Shown: positions 1-9,380, numbered from the stretch's first letter. The stretch is DNA of 64,000 bases from Actinomycetota bacterium (GCA_036000545.1 DASYVD010000098.1:3126-67125), one strand, 5' to 3'. Made by a program: numbers and translations. Notes: a model not told the origin generated them from the sequence alone.

Positions 1-1
1 G

Positions 2-322
2 GCGCTTTTCGTTGCCCTGGCCCTCCTCCAGCTCGGTCTTCTGGCCAAGGACTCGCTAGCCGTCGCCAACGCGGCTCGAGAGGGCGCCCGTGAGGCCGCC
101 GTATCTCGGGACGAACGGCGAGTGAGAAGCGCAGTCCTGCGCTCTGGAGGTCTCTCGGGAGACCGCACGGTCGTGGCGGTGGAGCGGCCGGGAAGCGTTG
201 GTGACCCGGTGACGGTGACCGTCGGATACCGGTCTGCGGTCGTGGTTCCATTCGTGGAATGGCTCTTCCCCGAAGAGGTCGCTCTTCAGTCCGCGGTGAC
301 GATGCGACAGGAGACCGATTGA
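2..322 (+). CDS. TadE-like pilus/secretion protein, 5' end cut by window edge
   Basis: The frame is open from the window edge: ALFVALALLQLGLLAKDSLAVANAAREGAREAAV... This is a hydrophobic N-terminal helix followed by an AAREGAR-type motif typical of the TadE family. The stop TGA at 320-322 overlaps the next start (TTGA). Confidence 0.55.
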   Translation, partial: ALFVALALLQLGLLAKDSLAVANAAREGAREAAVSRDERRVRSAVLRSGGLSGDRTVVAVERPGSVGDPVTVTVGYRSAVVVPFVEWLFPEEVALQSAVTMRQETD

Positions 323-684
323 ACGCGGAACGGGGGAGCGTCTCGTTTGTACTGGTTGCCGCGATGGGGCTCTCGGTCATCCTGGCGTCGTTCGTCGCTG
401 ACGTGGCTCGCGCGTCGAGCGCCAGGACCCATGCACAGGCGGCAGCAGACGCCGCCGCGCTCGCCGCCGCACAAGAACAGATTCTTCCGTCTGTGGCCGG
501 TCCAGGAGATCTCGCGGCCGAGTACGCGAGACGGAACGGAGCGAGGCTTGTGTTCTGCCGGTGCCCGGAGAACGGAACTGAATCGGTGGTCGTCGTCGAG
601 TTGGACGTGCGCCTTCCCGGCCTCGGCGTCGTCCGCACGGTCCGGGCAGCCGCCCGAGCGGAGACCGAGAGCCCGACGGGGTGA
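319..684 (+). CDS. TadE/TadG-like protein of the actinobacterial helicase/secretion-neighbourhood (Rv3654c-like) type
   Basis: TTG start sits in a TTGA overlap, with GGAG 6 nt upstream. The sequence ERGSVSFVLVAAMGLSVILASFVADVARASSARTHAQAAADAAALAAA...ARRNGARLVFCRC matches my memory of this family pattern. Confidence 0.55.
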   Translation: MNAERGSVSFVLVAAMGLSVILASFVADVARASSARTHAQAAADAAALAAAQEQILPSVAGPGDLAAEYARRNGARLVFCRCPENGTESVVVVELDVRLPGLGVVRTVRAAARAETESPTG

Positions 685-712
685 ACGGTCGGGTTCGTCG
701 CCGGGCGCGAGC

Positions 713-1594
713 CTAGGCGACCATGTCCCGAACCGCAGGGATGACCTCTTTCGCCAACCGCTCACGTCCGCCGACGCGGTCGCCGCGAGGCCACAGACTG
801 AGACAAGTGAAACCGCGCTTTGCGATCTCCGCGAGCCGCCTGGCCACCTCGTCCGGTGAGCCAGCCAGCACCCTCCCGCTCGGGTCCCGCGCCCCTTCCT
901 GCACCAGCACCACTATGTTGTAAGCGCAGGTGATCTCGTGCGGGTCGCGGCCAGCCTCCTCCGCGGCCCGGAGGAGCCGCTCGCGCATCCGCATCGCGCG
1001 ATCTGGCGGCATGTACGTCATCGACGGGATCCACCCGTCGGCGAGCCGTCCGGTCACCGCGACGGACCGGCGACCGTAGGCCCCGACCCAGACGGGGATG
1101 GGCGTGTCCGGCTTCGGCTCCAGCTGGGCCCGTTCCGTCCGGAAGTGGAACCCCTCGTACGTGACCTCGGCTTGCGTCCACAGCGCCCGGATCAGCTCGA
1201 TGGCTTCCTGGAGGGCGTCGACCTTCTCGCCAGGCGACCGCGCGTCGAGGCCCCACGACCGGAACTCGATGTTGCTCCCGCCGCCGCCCATGCCCAGGAT
1301 CAGCCGCCCGCTGGAGAGCCGGTGCAGCGTCTCGCCCATCTTCGCGGTGACCGTGGGGTGGCGGTAGGGGAGGCCCAGCACGTTGGTGCCGATGCGGATG
1401 CGCTCGGTCCGCGAGGCGATCCAGGTGAGCAGGGTCCACGTCTCGAACGACGGCGTGTCGCCGTGGAGGTGGTCCCAGCACGTGACGAGGTCGAAGCCGA
1501 GCTCCTCGGCGTGGAGGGCGTCCTCCACCGGATCGGTCCGTCCTCCCACTGTAGGAACGACGCTCGTCCCGAACAGGAGGTCCACGCCGGTCAC
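713..1594 (-). CDS. LLM-class (luciferase-like) F420-dependent oxidoreductase
   Basis: 293 aa with high GC3. Motifs: LGFDLVTCWDHL, RIRIGTNVLGLPYRHP, SGGRLILGMGGG, PIPVWVGAYG. These are typical of the luciferase-like monooxygenase fold. Confidence 0.8.
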   Translation of the reverse strand: MTGVDLLFGTSVVPTVGGRTDPVEDALHAEELGFDLVTCWDHLHGDTPSFETWTLLTWIASRTERIRIGTNVLGLPYRHPTVTAKMGETLHRLSSGRLILGMGGGGSNIEFRSWGLDARSPGEKVDALQEAIELIRALWTQAEVTYEGFHFRTERAQLEPKPDTPIPVWVGAYGRRSVAVTGRLADGWIPSMTYMPPDRAMRMRERLLRAAEEAGRDPHEITCAYNIVVLVQEGARDPSGRVLAGSPDEVARRLAEIAKRGFTCLSLWPRGDRVGGRERLAKEVIPAVRDMVA

Positions 1595-1612
1595 TCTATG
1601 CCCGAGGCGCGG

Positions 1613-2494
1613 CTACATGTATGCAGGCAGCACGTCCTCGGCCAGCCGCTCCACCTGCGCCAGGTCGGGGATCTCCGGGAACAGGATCAGGAGGTCGATC
1701 CCCGACTCCTCGTACTTGGCGACGTCCTCGGCGATGGCTGCTCCCGGACCGTGGTGGATGATGTCGGCCGGGTCACCCCACAGCCTGCCGTAGTACCGGA
1801 GCACGTGGTGAGCCGCTTCCTCCAGCGCCTTGGCGGCATCGTCGCCGACGCCCACGTACGCCAGGCCGGCGACGGTGAACGTCGTCTTGCCGCGCTTCGC
1901 TGCCTCCTCCCGGAGCATCGGGGTCATGTCGGCCATCCTCTTTGGTCCTGGGGTTCCGAAGATGAACCCGTCGCCGAGGTCGAGGGCTCGCTTCACGGCC
2001 GGTTGGCTCGAGCCGCCGACCCAGATCGGCGGCCCCGGGGTCTGTACCGGCGGCGGGCCCAGGACGCCCTTGTCGGCGGTGGACGCGCGGGCTCTCTCCC
2101 AGATCTCGCGGATCCGCTCGATCTGCCGGGACATTCGCTTCCCCTTGCCCCGGAGATGCGCCTCGAAGATCTCGTAGTCGTCCTTTCGGCCGCCCACGGC
2201 CACGCCGAGGTCCAACCGTCCTCCCGAGAGCTGGTCGATCACCGCGGCCTGCTTGGCGACGAGGATCTCGTTGCGATTGGGAAGCTGGAGGATGGTGGTG
2301 GCCAGTCGAGCCTGCTCGGTCACGGGGGCTGCGGCTGCGAGTGTGGTCAGCGGATCCCACGAGTCGTAGTTCGGCTTGTCGATGGTCCCCAAGGTGTGGA
2401 ACCCGGCCTCGTCGGCCATTCGGGCCCACGACAAGAAGAGCCTCCGGTCGGTGTCGTGAGCGAGGGTGTTCGGGAGCCCGATCCCGAGCTTCAC
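1613..2494 (-). CDS. LLM-class F420-dependent oxidoreductase (paralogue)
   Basis: 293 aa. MKLGIGLPN..., ATTILQLPNRNEILVAKQAAVIDQLSGGRLDLGVAVGG, PPIWVGGSS show the same fold signature as the neighbouring gene. Confidence 0.8.
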   Translation of the reverse strand: MKLGIGLPNTLAHDTDRRLFLSWARMADEAGFHTLGTIDKPNYDSWDPLTTLAAAAPVTEQARLATTILQLPNRNEILVAKQAAVIDQLSGGRLDLGVAVGGRKDDYEIFEAHLRGKGKRMSRQIERIREIWERARASTADKGVLGPPPVQTPGPPIWVGGSSQPAVKRALDLGDGFIFGTPGPKRMADMTPMLREEAAKRGKTTFTVAGLAYVGVGDDAAKALEEAAHHVLRYYGRLWGDPADIIHHGPGAAIAEDVAKYEESGIDLLILFPEIPDLAQVERLAEDVLPAYM

Positions 2495-2503
2495 GCTCCC
2501 AGC

Positions 2504-3514
2504 CTAGCCTTGAAGCTCCCTCGGCGTCGCCACGAGCTCCCGGATCGTGCCGTCGCGGAACACCCGCACTCGCAGCGGTTTCCCGATCCGCTCCGCGGCC
2601 ATCAACCGCTGGAGGTCGCGGGCGCTCTCCACCGCTACGTCGTCCACGTCGAGGATGAGGTCCTCGGGGCGCATCCCTGCCGCGGCCGCCGGGCTCCCCG
2701 GGACCACCTCGACGACCTCCACGCCGTTCTGTCGGTCGACCTCTCGGGCCATCTTTGGAGGAAGCGGCCGGGGCCCGCCGGCGATCCCCAGGTACGCCCG
2801 GCGGAACCGACCCTCGGTCATGAGGGTGGCCACGATCCTACGGGACGTCGAGTTGATCGGCACCGCCAGCCCGAGCCCGATGCCCGCCACCGCGGTGCTC
2901 ACCCCGACCACCCGGCCACGGCCATCGGACAGCGCGCCGCCGGAGTTCCCCGGGTTCAGCGCGGCGTCGGTCTGGATCACGTTCTCCACGATCCGGCTGG
3001 CCGAGCCCTGTCGGGTGGGGAGGGCCCGGCCCAGGGCGCTCACCACGCCGGCAGTAACGGAGCCGGAGAACCCGAGAGGATTCCCCACCGCCACCACCAG
3101 CTGGCCGACCCGGAGCCGGTCGGCGTCGCCGAGGGTGGCGGGGACGAGGTCTCCCGCGCCCACCCGGATCACCGCGAGGTCGGAGAGGGGGTCGGTCCCG
3201 ACGACCTCGAACTTCGCCTCCCTGCCGTCCACGAACGAGGCGTTGCCCCCGGTGGACCCCGCCACCACGTGCGCCGATGTCAGCAGGAACCCGTCGGGGG
3301 TGATGACCACCGCGGAGCCCGCCCCCTCGGCCCGACCGCCCGGGAGGCGGCGGCGGACCCGGAGGCTGGCCACCGACGGGATCAGGATCTCGGCGACCCG
3401 GGTGACCACGGAAGAGTACGCGTCGAGGGCGTCGTCTTCCTCGGTGAGGACCGGCGCCTGCCCGTCGAGGGGCGCGCCGTTCAAGATCGCGTCGACGAAT
3501 CGAGGTGATGCCAT
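2504..3514 (-). CDS. HtrA/DegP-family trypsin-like serine protease with C-terminal PDZ domain
   Basis: Catalytic-triad context: LLTSAHVV (His), DLAVIRV (Asp), GNSGGAL (Ser). The PDZ-like tail is GVEVVEVVPGSPAAAAGMRPEDLILDVDD. Confidence 0.85.
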   Translation of the reverse strand: MASPRFVDAILNGAPLDGQAPVLTEEDDALDAYSSVVTRVAEILIPSVASLRVRRRLPGGRAEGAGSAVVITPDGFLLTSAHVVAGSTGGNASFVDGREAKFEVVGTDPLSDLAVIRVGAGDLVPATLGDADRLRVGQLVVAVGNPLGFSGSVTAGVVSALGRALPTRQGSASRIVENVIQTDAALNPGNSGGALSDGRGRVVGVSTAVAGIGLGLAVPINSTSRRIVATLMTEGRFRRAYLGIAGGPRPLPPKMAREVDRQNGVEVVEVVPGSPAAAAGMRPEDLILDVDDVAVESARDLQRLMAAERIGKPLRVRVFRDGTIRELVATPRELQG

Positions 3515-3518
3515 GTTC

Positions 3519-4055
3519 TTATGCCTGGCCGAACTTGGGGCCTTCGGACCGGACCTTCTCCACCTGGGAGAAGGCCTCCCGGAGGTTCTTCAGCCACTCC
3601 TCCTGCTTCGAGGCTACCAGGCGCACGCACCAAGCCAGGGCGTGGCTGCGGCTCCGGGCCACTCCCGCAGCAACCAGGGTGTCGAGCACCGCGCGCTCGG
3701 ACATCCGAAGCCGGGTCATCGCGGGGACGGAGAGCACGGTGAAGGGTTGCTCCACATCCCCGCACACCACTCCCCACGACACCTTGCGACGGAAGCGGCG
3801 CTCCGCTTGGAGGGCGATGCGGATGCGCCGCTCCCGCGTCTCCTCCCGGAACGCCTCGATCCGCGACGCGACCGCCGCCGCTCGTTCCTCCTTGGTGGCG
3901 CCCTCGGCGACCTCGGGCTCGGCCAGGATCCCGACCACAAAGATCTCCTCGCGATCGGATGTAACGTCCGGCGGCCCGGTGAACCAGCCGTCGGGGATGC
4001 GGCCTGTGAACCAGCCGCGCAGTTCCTCGTCGCTCTCCAGGTATCCGGGTAGCAT
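3519..4055 (-). CDS. Hypothetical protein with C-terminal ribbon-helix-helix (CopG/Arc-like) segment
   Basis: I chose ATG 4055 because the upstream part of the longer ORF has AT-rich third positions. The C-terminal TRLRMSERAVLDTLVAAGVARSRSHALAWCVRLV looks like an RHH strand-helix-helix. The gene lies 4 nt upstream of the HtrA gene. Confidence 0.5.
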   Translation of the reverse strand: MLPGYLESDEELRGWFTGRIPDGWFTGPPDVTSDREEIFVVGILAEPEVAEGATKEERAAAVASRIEAFREETRERRIRIALQAERRFRRKVSWGVVCGDVEQPFTVLSVPAMTRLRMSERAVLDTLVAAGVARSRSHALAWCVRLVASKQEEWLKNLREAFSQVEKVRSEGPKFGQA

Positions 4056-4162
4056 AGTGATTACAGAATTACACCGACTCGGTGATTCGTCAAGTTCATC
4101 AACCCGCAACCCCCCGCGTCGTTCTCGGGTCCCTCCCCTCGGGAGGTTGCACCGGACCCGAG

Positions 4163-4168
4163 TAGAAT
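4163..4168 (+). promoter_or_regulatory. Candidate -10 hexamer TAGAAT for the DUF5318 gene (near-leaderless)
   Basis: TAGAAT is followed by 9 nt and then ATG 4178. No Shine-Dalgarno sequence lies in between. Confidence 0.4.
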
Positions 4169-4177
4169 GACGCCACC

Positions 4178-4564
4178 ATGGCCATGGCCAGGACGAAGAA
4201 GGGGCGGTTGCTGGGCGTCGTCGACTACACCCTCGCCAAGCGGGCCGTCCTCCGCGACTTCCGCCGGGGTCTGCTGTCCCTGCTCGACATTTGCGATGCG
4301 CATCCCGAGCTGATCCGAGCCGCCCGGTACGTGGGGGAGGAGATCCCGCGGCACTGTCCGGTGTGCGACGAGCGGCGGCTTCGGGTCCTGGCCTACGTGT
4401 TCGCCGACGAGCTCAAACGGGACAACGGCCGGGTGTGGACGGTCGACCAGGGGGCGCGCCTCGCCGCGGAGTGTCGCGACGCGAAGTGCTACGTGGTCGA
4501 AGTGTGCACCGGCTGCTCCTGGAACCACCTCTCCGAGGTGTTCGTCGGCCGCGACGCGGGCTGA
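4178..4564 (+). CDS. DUF5318-family zinc-ribbon protein conserved next to PBP1 in Actinobacteria
   Basis: VVDYTLAKRAVLRDFRRG..., with CPVC...CTGC cysteine pairs. As I recall, the position upstream of PBP1A matches Rv0049/Rv0050. Confidence 0.7.
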   Translation: MAMARTKKGRLLGVVDYTLAKRAVLRDFRRGLLSLLDICDAHPELIRAARYVGEEIPRHCPVCDERRLRVLAYVFADELKRDNGRVWTVDQGARLAAECRDAKCYVVEVCTGCSWNHLSEVFVGRDAG

Positions 4565-4595
4565 GTGCCGGGGACCGAGCACTCGTGATCGCGGC

Positions 4596-5468
4596 GTGAG
4601 CGCCCTCGGCGTTCCCGCCGCCCTTCTCCTCGGCTTGGTGGCTGAGGTCGCCGGCACGCTGGTCCTTCGCTTCACCGGCGGGACCCGCCCGTGGTTCCGG
4701 CCGGCCAGGGACTTCTGGCGCGACATCAGTCGCCTGGTGCGCCGGCGGGATCGGGCCTCCGCCCTGGAGCTGGTCGGGACCGCCACCGCGCTGACAGGCG
4801 CAGGGCTCGCCGCCGCTGCGGCGATGGGGTTCCTCCGGGGAAGCCCCGCGCTCGTGTACCCCTCGCTGGCCCTCGCTGTGGTGGGGGGGCACGTGACCGC
4901 CTGCCTGGCGCCGGGCGCACGGGGGTGGGAGCGGGCGGGACGGGCTCGGACGGACGCGTTGCTGGCCGAGCCCGCCTTCGTCCTGGCTCTTGGCGCGGGG
5001 CTCCTGCGGTGGGGCGCGTTCGACCTCGAGGCCATCCGGGGAGCCCAACAGGTGCTCGGCCCCGGGATCGCCCTGGGGCCGCCCGTGGTGGCGGCCGGCC
5101 TGATCATCGCCGCGGTGGTGGCCCTGGTGGCGGGAGGATTCCGTTTGCCGCCACTTCGCGAGGGCGGGGGGACGCAGCGACGCCAGGCGGGCTCCGCCGT
5201 GGCCGCCGCGCTGTGTCGGTGGGCCGCAGCGGGAGCCACGGCCATGGTTGTGGCGGTCCTCGTTGCCGGCGGCAGCTCGCTGTCCCCGGAAGCGGTGGAC
5301 CCCGTCGCACTGGTCTGGTGGGCCGCGGCGGCCGTCGCGGCCGCCTTCGTCCTGGGGGCCTGCCGGGCGGCTGTTTCTTTCCTGCCCCTGAGGGTGTCCC
5401 GGACCGGCGTCGCCGTCGGCGTCATCGCTCTAGCGGCGGCGGCCGCGACGCTCGTGGCGCTGGGATGA
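4596..5468 (+). CDS. Polytopic membrane protein, remote NuoH/HycD-like
   Basis: 290 aa, Ala/Gly/Leu-rich with multiple hydrophobic spans. The post-TM1 loop RPWFRPARDFWRDISRLVRRR resembles the RxGP..Q.YxD..KLL loop of NuoH/HycD. The family call is tentative. Confidence 0.45.
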   Translation: MSALGVPAALLLGLVAEVAGTLVLRFTGGTRPWFRPARDFWRDISRLVRRRDRASALELVGTATALTGAGLAAAAAMGFLRGSPALVYPSLALAVVGGHVTACLAPGARGWERAGRARTDALLAEPAFVLALGAGLLRWGAFDLEAIRGAQQVLGPGIALGPPVVAAGLIIAAVVALVAGGFRLPPLREGGGTQRRQAGSAVAAALCRWAAAGATAMVVAVLVAGGSSLSPEAVDPVALVWWAAAAVAAAFVLGACRAAVSFLPLRVSRTGVAVGVIALAAAAATLVALG

Positions 5469-5481
5469 TCCCTCGCTCAGC

Positions 5482-7224
5482 ATGACCGATCTCCTTCTTC
5501 CCGCTGCCGCGCTCGGCCCGGCCGCAGCGGGAGTGGTGTGGGTGGCCCTGGCCGCGTGGCGGTGGCCCCAGCGAGCGGCCGGCGCGCTCGTGGCCCTCGC
5601 CGCGCACGCGGCGGCCTGGGCGGTGTTGTGGCTCGCGTACCGCGGCGAGTCTCCCGCCTGGCGCAGCCTGGAGGCCACCCTCCTCGGAGCCAGCGTCCTG
5701 GTGGCGACGGAGCTGGCGTTGCTGCTCGTGGCGTTGCGGGCGGAGGGCTTGGGGCGCCGGGGGGCGCTGGGAGTCGGGGCAGCACTGGGCGTGTCCGCCA
5801 CGGCGGTTGCCTTCGCGTCGTTCTCCACGAGCCTGGTGGTGCAGGCGCTGTTCCTCCCCGCGGTGACGCTCGCCGCCGCGCTGGCGGGGCTGTCGGGAAC
5901 GGGACGTCGCGACGTGGCCGGGGTGCTCGGCCTCGCCGCGGCCGACGTCGCCTGCCTGGCGGGGTTGGCGATCTGGGTGTCACGCCTCGGAAGCGTGGTC
6001 GTGGCGCCGACCGGTTCCCTGGACCTAGGCGGGGCCCTGGTGCTGGCGGGTGCGGCGATCAAGGCGGGCGCCGTTCCGGGACAGGGCACGTGGCGGCTCG
6101 CGGCGACCGGCGGGCCGGGAGCGCCGGTGACCGCCGCCCTCCGCGGACAGGGGATCGCGCTGGCGGTCCTGGCCGGCGTGGTGGTTTCGGGGAGCGACGG
6201 TTCCCTCGTCGTCGCTTCGATCGCCGCAGCTGCTGGACTTGCCGGAGGGATCGCCGCCGCAGTGTCGGCCCACCGCGGGGGCAGGCTGGCGGGCATGGCC
6301 GGCGCCGCGGCGTGTGTGCCGTTCCTGGCTCTGGGCCTGGGCGGCGCCGTGGGGGCCCGGGCTTTCCTCCTCTCCTTCCCCCCGTTCCTCCTGGCCTCGG
6401 GAGCTGCGTTCGCCGCGGGGTGGCCGGGCCCCGAGACCGTGGATCCGCCCCCGCGGGGTGAGGGCGGGGAGGGAACGGCGGGGCGGCTTCGCCGGTGGAT
6501 CGGGGTGCCCGCGGCCCTCGGGGCGGTCGTGTCTTTGGCCGCCCTGCCCGGCGGCGGGGGACATCCGGGCGCCGCCCTGGCCCTCGACCTCGCCGGGGTC
6601 CGGGCCCAGACGGAGGTCCTGTACCTCGGTGTGGCCGCCGCTCTCATGCTCGGCCTGGGGATGGCGGCCGTCGCAGCGGCCCCGGTGGTGGCGGCAGCCC
6701 GGCCTCCCATCCCCGCGGGGTTGGCCTCTCTCGTCACCGGCGCGGCCCTCGTGTACATGGGCTCGCAGCCGGTTCGCCTCGGCATCGGCTGGTGGCTTCG
6801 GATCGAACGGGCTCTCCAGGTCCCCGGGCTGCTGCCCTCTGCCGGGGCGCCTTCCTTCCCCGCCGCCCGGGGGATCGACTTGACCCTGGCTCTCGTGCCG
6901 GCCGCGGGAGTAGCCCTCCTCATCGCCGTCCTCGGCCGGGGGGTTCGTCCCGGACCAGCGGAGGTCGGCCCGATCCGCCCGCCGCGAGCGCGAGTGCCCG
7001 TGCCAGCGTCGGCCTCAGGAGCGGAGACCATCACCGGAAGGGTGATGGCTGTGAGTAGGCGGGCGCGCGTCATCGCCCGGGCGGTCGCTGGCCGGTCCGC
7101 GCAGCTCCGGGGTCGAGCTCATCGCATGGCCCTGGGCCTGGCGGTGGCCGCGTTGCTGGAGGGCGGGGCCGTGGCCCTCTCAGTGTTCCTGGTGATGGAA
7201 GGCGTCCGCCTGGGCTTCCTCTAG
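5482..7224 (+). CDS. Polytopic membrane protein, degenerate NuoL/M/N / HycC antiporter-like subunit
   Basis: 580 aa with many TM spans. AAIKAGAVPGQGTW...GAPVTAAL aligns with the A-x-K-x-P-x-x-P-x-H-x-W-L-P-D-A-H...AP-T-x-x-S signature, but the LPDAH residues are replaced. Confidence 0.5.
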   Translation: MTDLLLPAAALGPAAAGVVWVALAAWRWPQRAAGALVALAAHAAAWAVLWLAYRGESPAWRSLEATLLGASVLVATELALLLVALRAEGLGRRGALGVGAALGVSATAVAFASFSTSLVVQALFLPAVTLAAALAGLSGTGRRDVAGVLGLAAADVACLAGLAIWVSRLGSVVVAPTGSLDLGGALVLAGAAIKAGAVPGQGTWRLAATGGPGAPVTAALRGQGIALAVLAGVVVSGSDGSLVVASIAAAAGLAGGIAAAVSAHRGGRLAGMAGAAACVPFLALGLGGAVGARAFLLSFPPFLLASGAAFAAGWPGPETVDPPPRGEGGEGTAGRLRRWIGVPAALGAVVSLAALPGGGGHPGAALALDLAGVRAQTEVLYLGVAAALMLGLGMAAVAAAPVVAAARPPIPAGLASLVTGAALVYMGSQPVRLGIGWWLRIERALQVPGLLPSAGAPSFPAARGIDLTLALVPAAGVALLIAVLGRGVRPGPAEVGPIRPPRARVPVPASASGAETITGRVMAVSRRARVIARAVAGRSAQLRGRAHRMALGLAVAALLEGGAVALSVFLVMEGVRLGFL

Positions 7225-7268
7225 GTCCCTCGGCCACCGGGCGTTTCGGGCAATCCGGGCCGGGTACA

Positions 7269-9350
7269 ATGCAAGCGCTCGTGGCGACCACTCGGACACG
7301 CCAGACCCTCACGCCGCGGAGCAATCGGAAGCACGCGAAGAGGAAGGGCACGTCGTCAAGACGACGCGCCGGCTTCTTCCGGCGGTTCTGGTGGCTCTGG
7401 GCCCCGCCCTTGGGGCTCTTCCTCGGGGCGTTCCTGGTCCTGGCCATCGTGTACTCGCAGCTTCGGCTCCCGGACCCCGATCCCCAGGCCCTCACCACTC
7501 GCCTCTACGACGTCGATGGGCGCCTGCTGGCGACGCTCCACGCGGGGGAGAACCGGGTGGCTATCCCGCTCCAGCGGATGCCCATGCACCTCCGGCAGGC
7601 TGTCCTGGCCGCGGAGGACGCCGGGTTCTACCGCCACCACGGGATCAGCTTCACGGGGATCCTCCGGGCGGCGTGGGCCAACGTCAGCAACCGGGAGATC
7701 ACACAGGGAGGATCGACCATCACCCAGCAGTACGTGCGCAACGCGTTCTCCGCCGTGGGCACGGAGCAGAGTTACACGCGCAAGCTGAAGGAGATCCTCC
7801 TGTCCCTGAAGCTCGAGCAGAAGCTGTCCAAGAACCAGATCCTGGGGAGCTACCTGAACACGATCTACCTGGGCCATGGCGCCTACGGCGCGCAGGCGGC
7901 GGCCCGGACGTATTTCGGGGGCTCCGCGAACGAGCTCTCGCTCTCGCAGTCGGCCACCCTCGCCGGGGTCATCGCCGCCCCCGAGTACTACGAGCCGTCC
8001 AAGTTCCCCGAGCGGGCCACGGAGCGCCGGAACTGGGTCCTGGCTCGGATGGTCCAACTGGGGTTCATCCCCCTCGAGGAGGCGGAGGAGGCAGCGGCGG
8101 AACCCGTCGAGACGGTGGCCGAACCGGCGGAGGTTCGCACCAGCCGGGCCCCGTACTTCGTCGACTTCACGAAGCGGTACCTGGAGCGGAAGTACGGCGT
8201 GCAGACCACGTTCACCGGCGGCCTCCGGGTCCGCACCTCGCTCGACCTGGACCAGCAGCGCGCCGCCGAGGAGGCCATCGCCGCACACCTCAGCGAGCCG
8301 GGTGACCCGTCGGTGGCTCTGGTGTCGATGCGAGTGGACACGGGGGAGATCACCGCCATGGTAGGGGGCCGCAACTTCGCCAGGGCCAAGTACAACCTGG
8401 CGACGGGGGACGGCACCCCCGGCCGCCAGGCGGGGTCGGCGTTCAAGACCTTCACCCTCACGGCCGCGGTTCAGGACGGGATCTCCCTGAGGTCCCGGTT
8501 CGAGGGGCCGTCCCAGATCGACATCGACGACCCCGAGTGCGGGGGTTGGTCGCCCTCGAACTACTCCGACAGCGGCGTGGGGACCATGGACCTGGTCCAG
8601 GCCACCGCCAACTCCGTCAACACGATCTTCGCCCAGCTGGTGGTGAAGGTCGGCCCAGACCGGGTGGCGCGGACCGCACGGTCGATGGGGATCCGGAGCC
8701 CCCTTGGCGACCCCGTCCCCTGCTCGATCACCCTGGGAACCAAGGAGGTCACCCCCCTCGAGATGACGAACGCGTACGCGACTCTGGCATCACTGGGCAT
8801 CCGCCACCGGCCCACCCCAGTTCGCGTCGCTCGAGGACCCGATGGGGTCCTCGAGCGGGTCAGCAGGGAGGGCGTTCCCGTCATGGACGAGAACACCGCC
8901 GCCCAGGTGATCTACGCGCTGAAACAGGTGGTGTGTTGCGGCACCGGGAGCGGGGCGTACTTCGGCGTCCCCATATTCGGTAAGACCGGAACCACCGACG
9001 ACCACGCCGACGCGTGGTTCTGCGGCGCAAGCACCCTGTACGCGGCGTGCGTGTGGGTGGGGTACCCGAAGGGACGCATCCCGATGGAGGACGTCCACGG
9101 GATCTCGGTCACCGGAGGCTCGTTCCCCGCGGCGATCTGGCACGATTTCATGGCCGCGATCCATGCGGGTCTGGAGGTTCCGGACTTCCCGGAGCCGGAC
9201 CTGACCGGCGAGGTGATCAACGCGGCGCCCTCGCCGTCCCCATCACCTTCGCCGTCACCGTCCCCGACGAAGAAGCCGAAACCGACACCCACCCCGTCGG
9301 TCTCACTTCTTCCCACGCCGACGCCGTCGCCGGAAGAAGAGGGGCCGTGA
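7269..9350 (+). CDS. ponA: Class A penicillin-binding protein (PBP1A: GT51 transglycosylase + transpeptidase)
   Basis: GT51 motifs AAEDAGFYRHHGISF, GGSTITQQYVRN and KLKEILLSLKLEQ. The transpeptidase has the SAFK active-site motif plus KTGTT. The tail is Pro/Ser/Thr-rich (SPSPSPSPSPSPTKKPKPTPTPS). An alternative GTG start lies at 7281. Confidence 0.9.
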   Translation: MQALVATTRTRQTLTPRSNRKHAKRKGTSSRRRAGFFRRFWWLWAPPLGLFLGAFLVLAIVYSQLRLPDPDPQALTTRLYDVDGRLLATLHAGENRVAIPLQRMPMHLRQAVLAAEDAGFYRHHGISFTGILRAAWANVSNREITQGGSTITQQYVRNAFSAVGTEQSYTRKLKEILLSLKLEQKLSKNQILGSYLNTIYLGHGAYGAQAAARTYFGGSANELSLSQSATLAGVIAAPEYYEPSKFPERATERRNWVLARMVQLGFIPLEEAEEAAAEPVETVAEPAEVRTSRAPYFVDFTKRYLERKYGVQTTFTGGLRVRTSLDLDQQRAAEEAIAAHLSEPGDPSVALVSMRVDTGEITAMVGGRNFARAKYNLATGDGTPGRQAGSAFKTFTLTAAVQDGISLRSRFEGPSQIDIDDPECGGWSPSNYSDSGVGTMDLVQATANSVNTIFAQLVVKVGPDRVARTARSMGIRSPLGDPVPCSITLGTKEVTPLEMTNAYATLASLGIRHRPTPVRVARGPDGVLERVSREGVPVMDENTAAQVIYALKQVVCCGTGSGAYFGVPIFGKTGTTDDHADAWFCGASTLYAACVWVGYPKGRIPMEDVHGISVTGGSFPAAIWHDFMAAIHAGLEVPDFPEPDLTGEVINAAPSPSPSPSPSPSPTKKPKPTPTPSVSLLPTPTPSPEEEGP

Positions 9351-9380
9351 GGGCCTGTTCCGTCTGAGGGTCTAGAGGAC

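Noticed and set aside
938-3508. Very long ORFs antisense or out of frame to recognisable genes. Examples: 938-3508 (+, 856 aa), 5430-7073 (-), 11554-13581 (+), 28566-29615 (-), 31031-33157 (-), 40936-42633 (+), 51305-52879 (-).
   Set aside because: They are Arg/Pro/Gly/Ala-rich with no recognisable motifs. They span several well-supported genes on the other strand or frame. Stop-free alternative frames are expected at this GC content.
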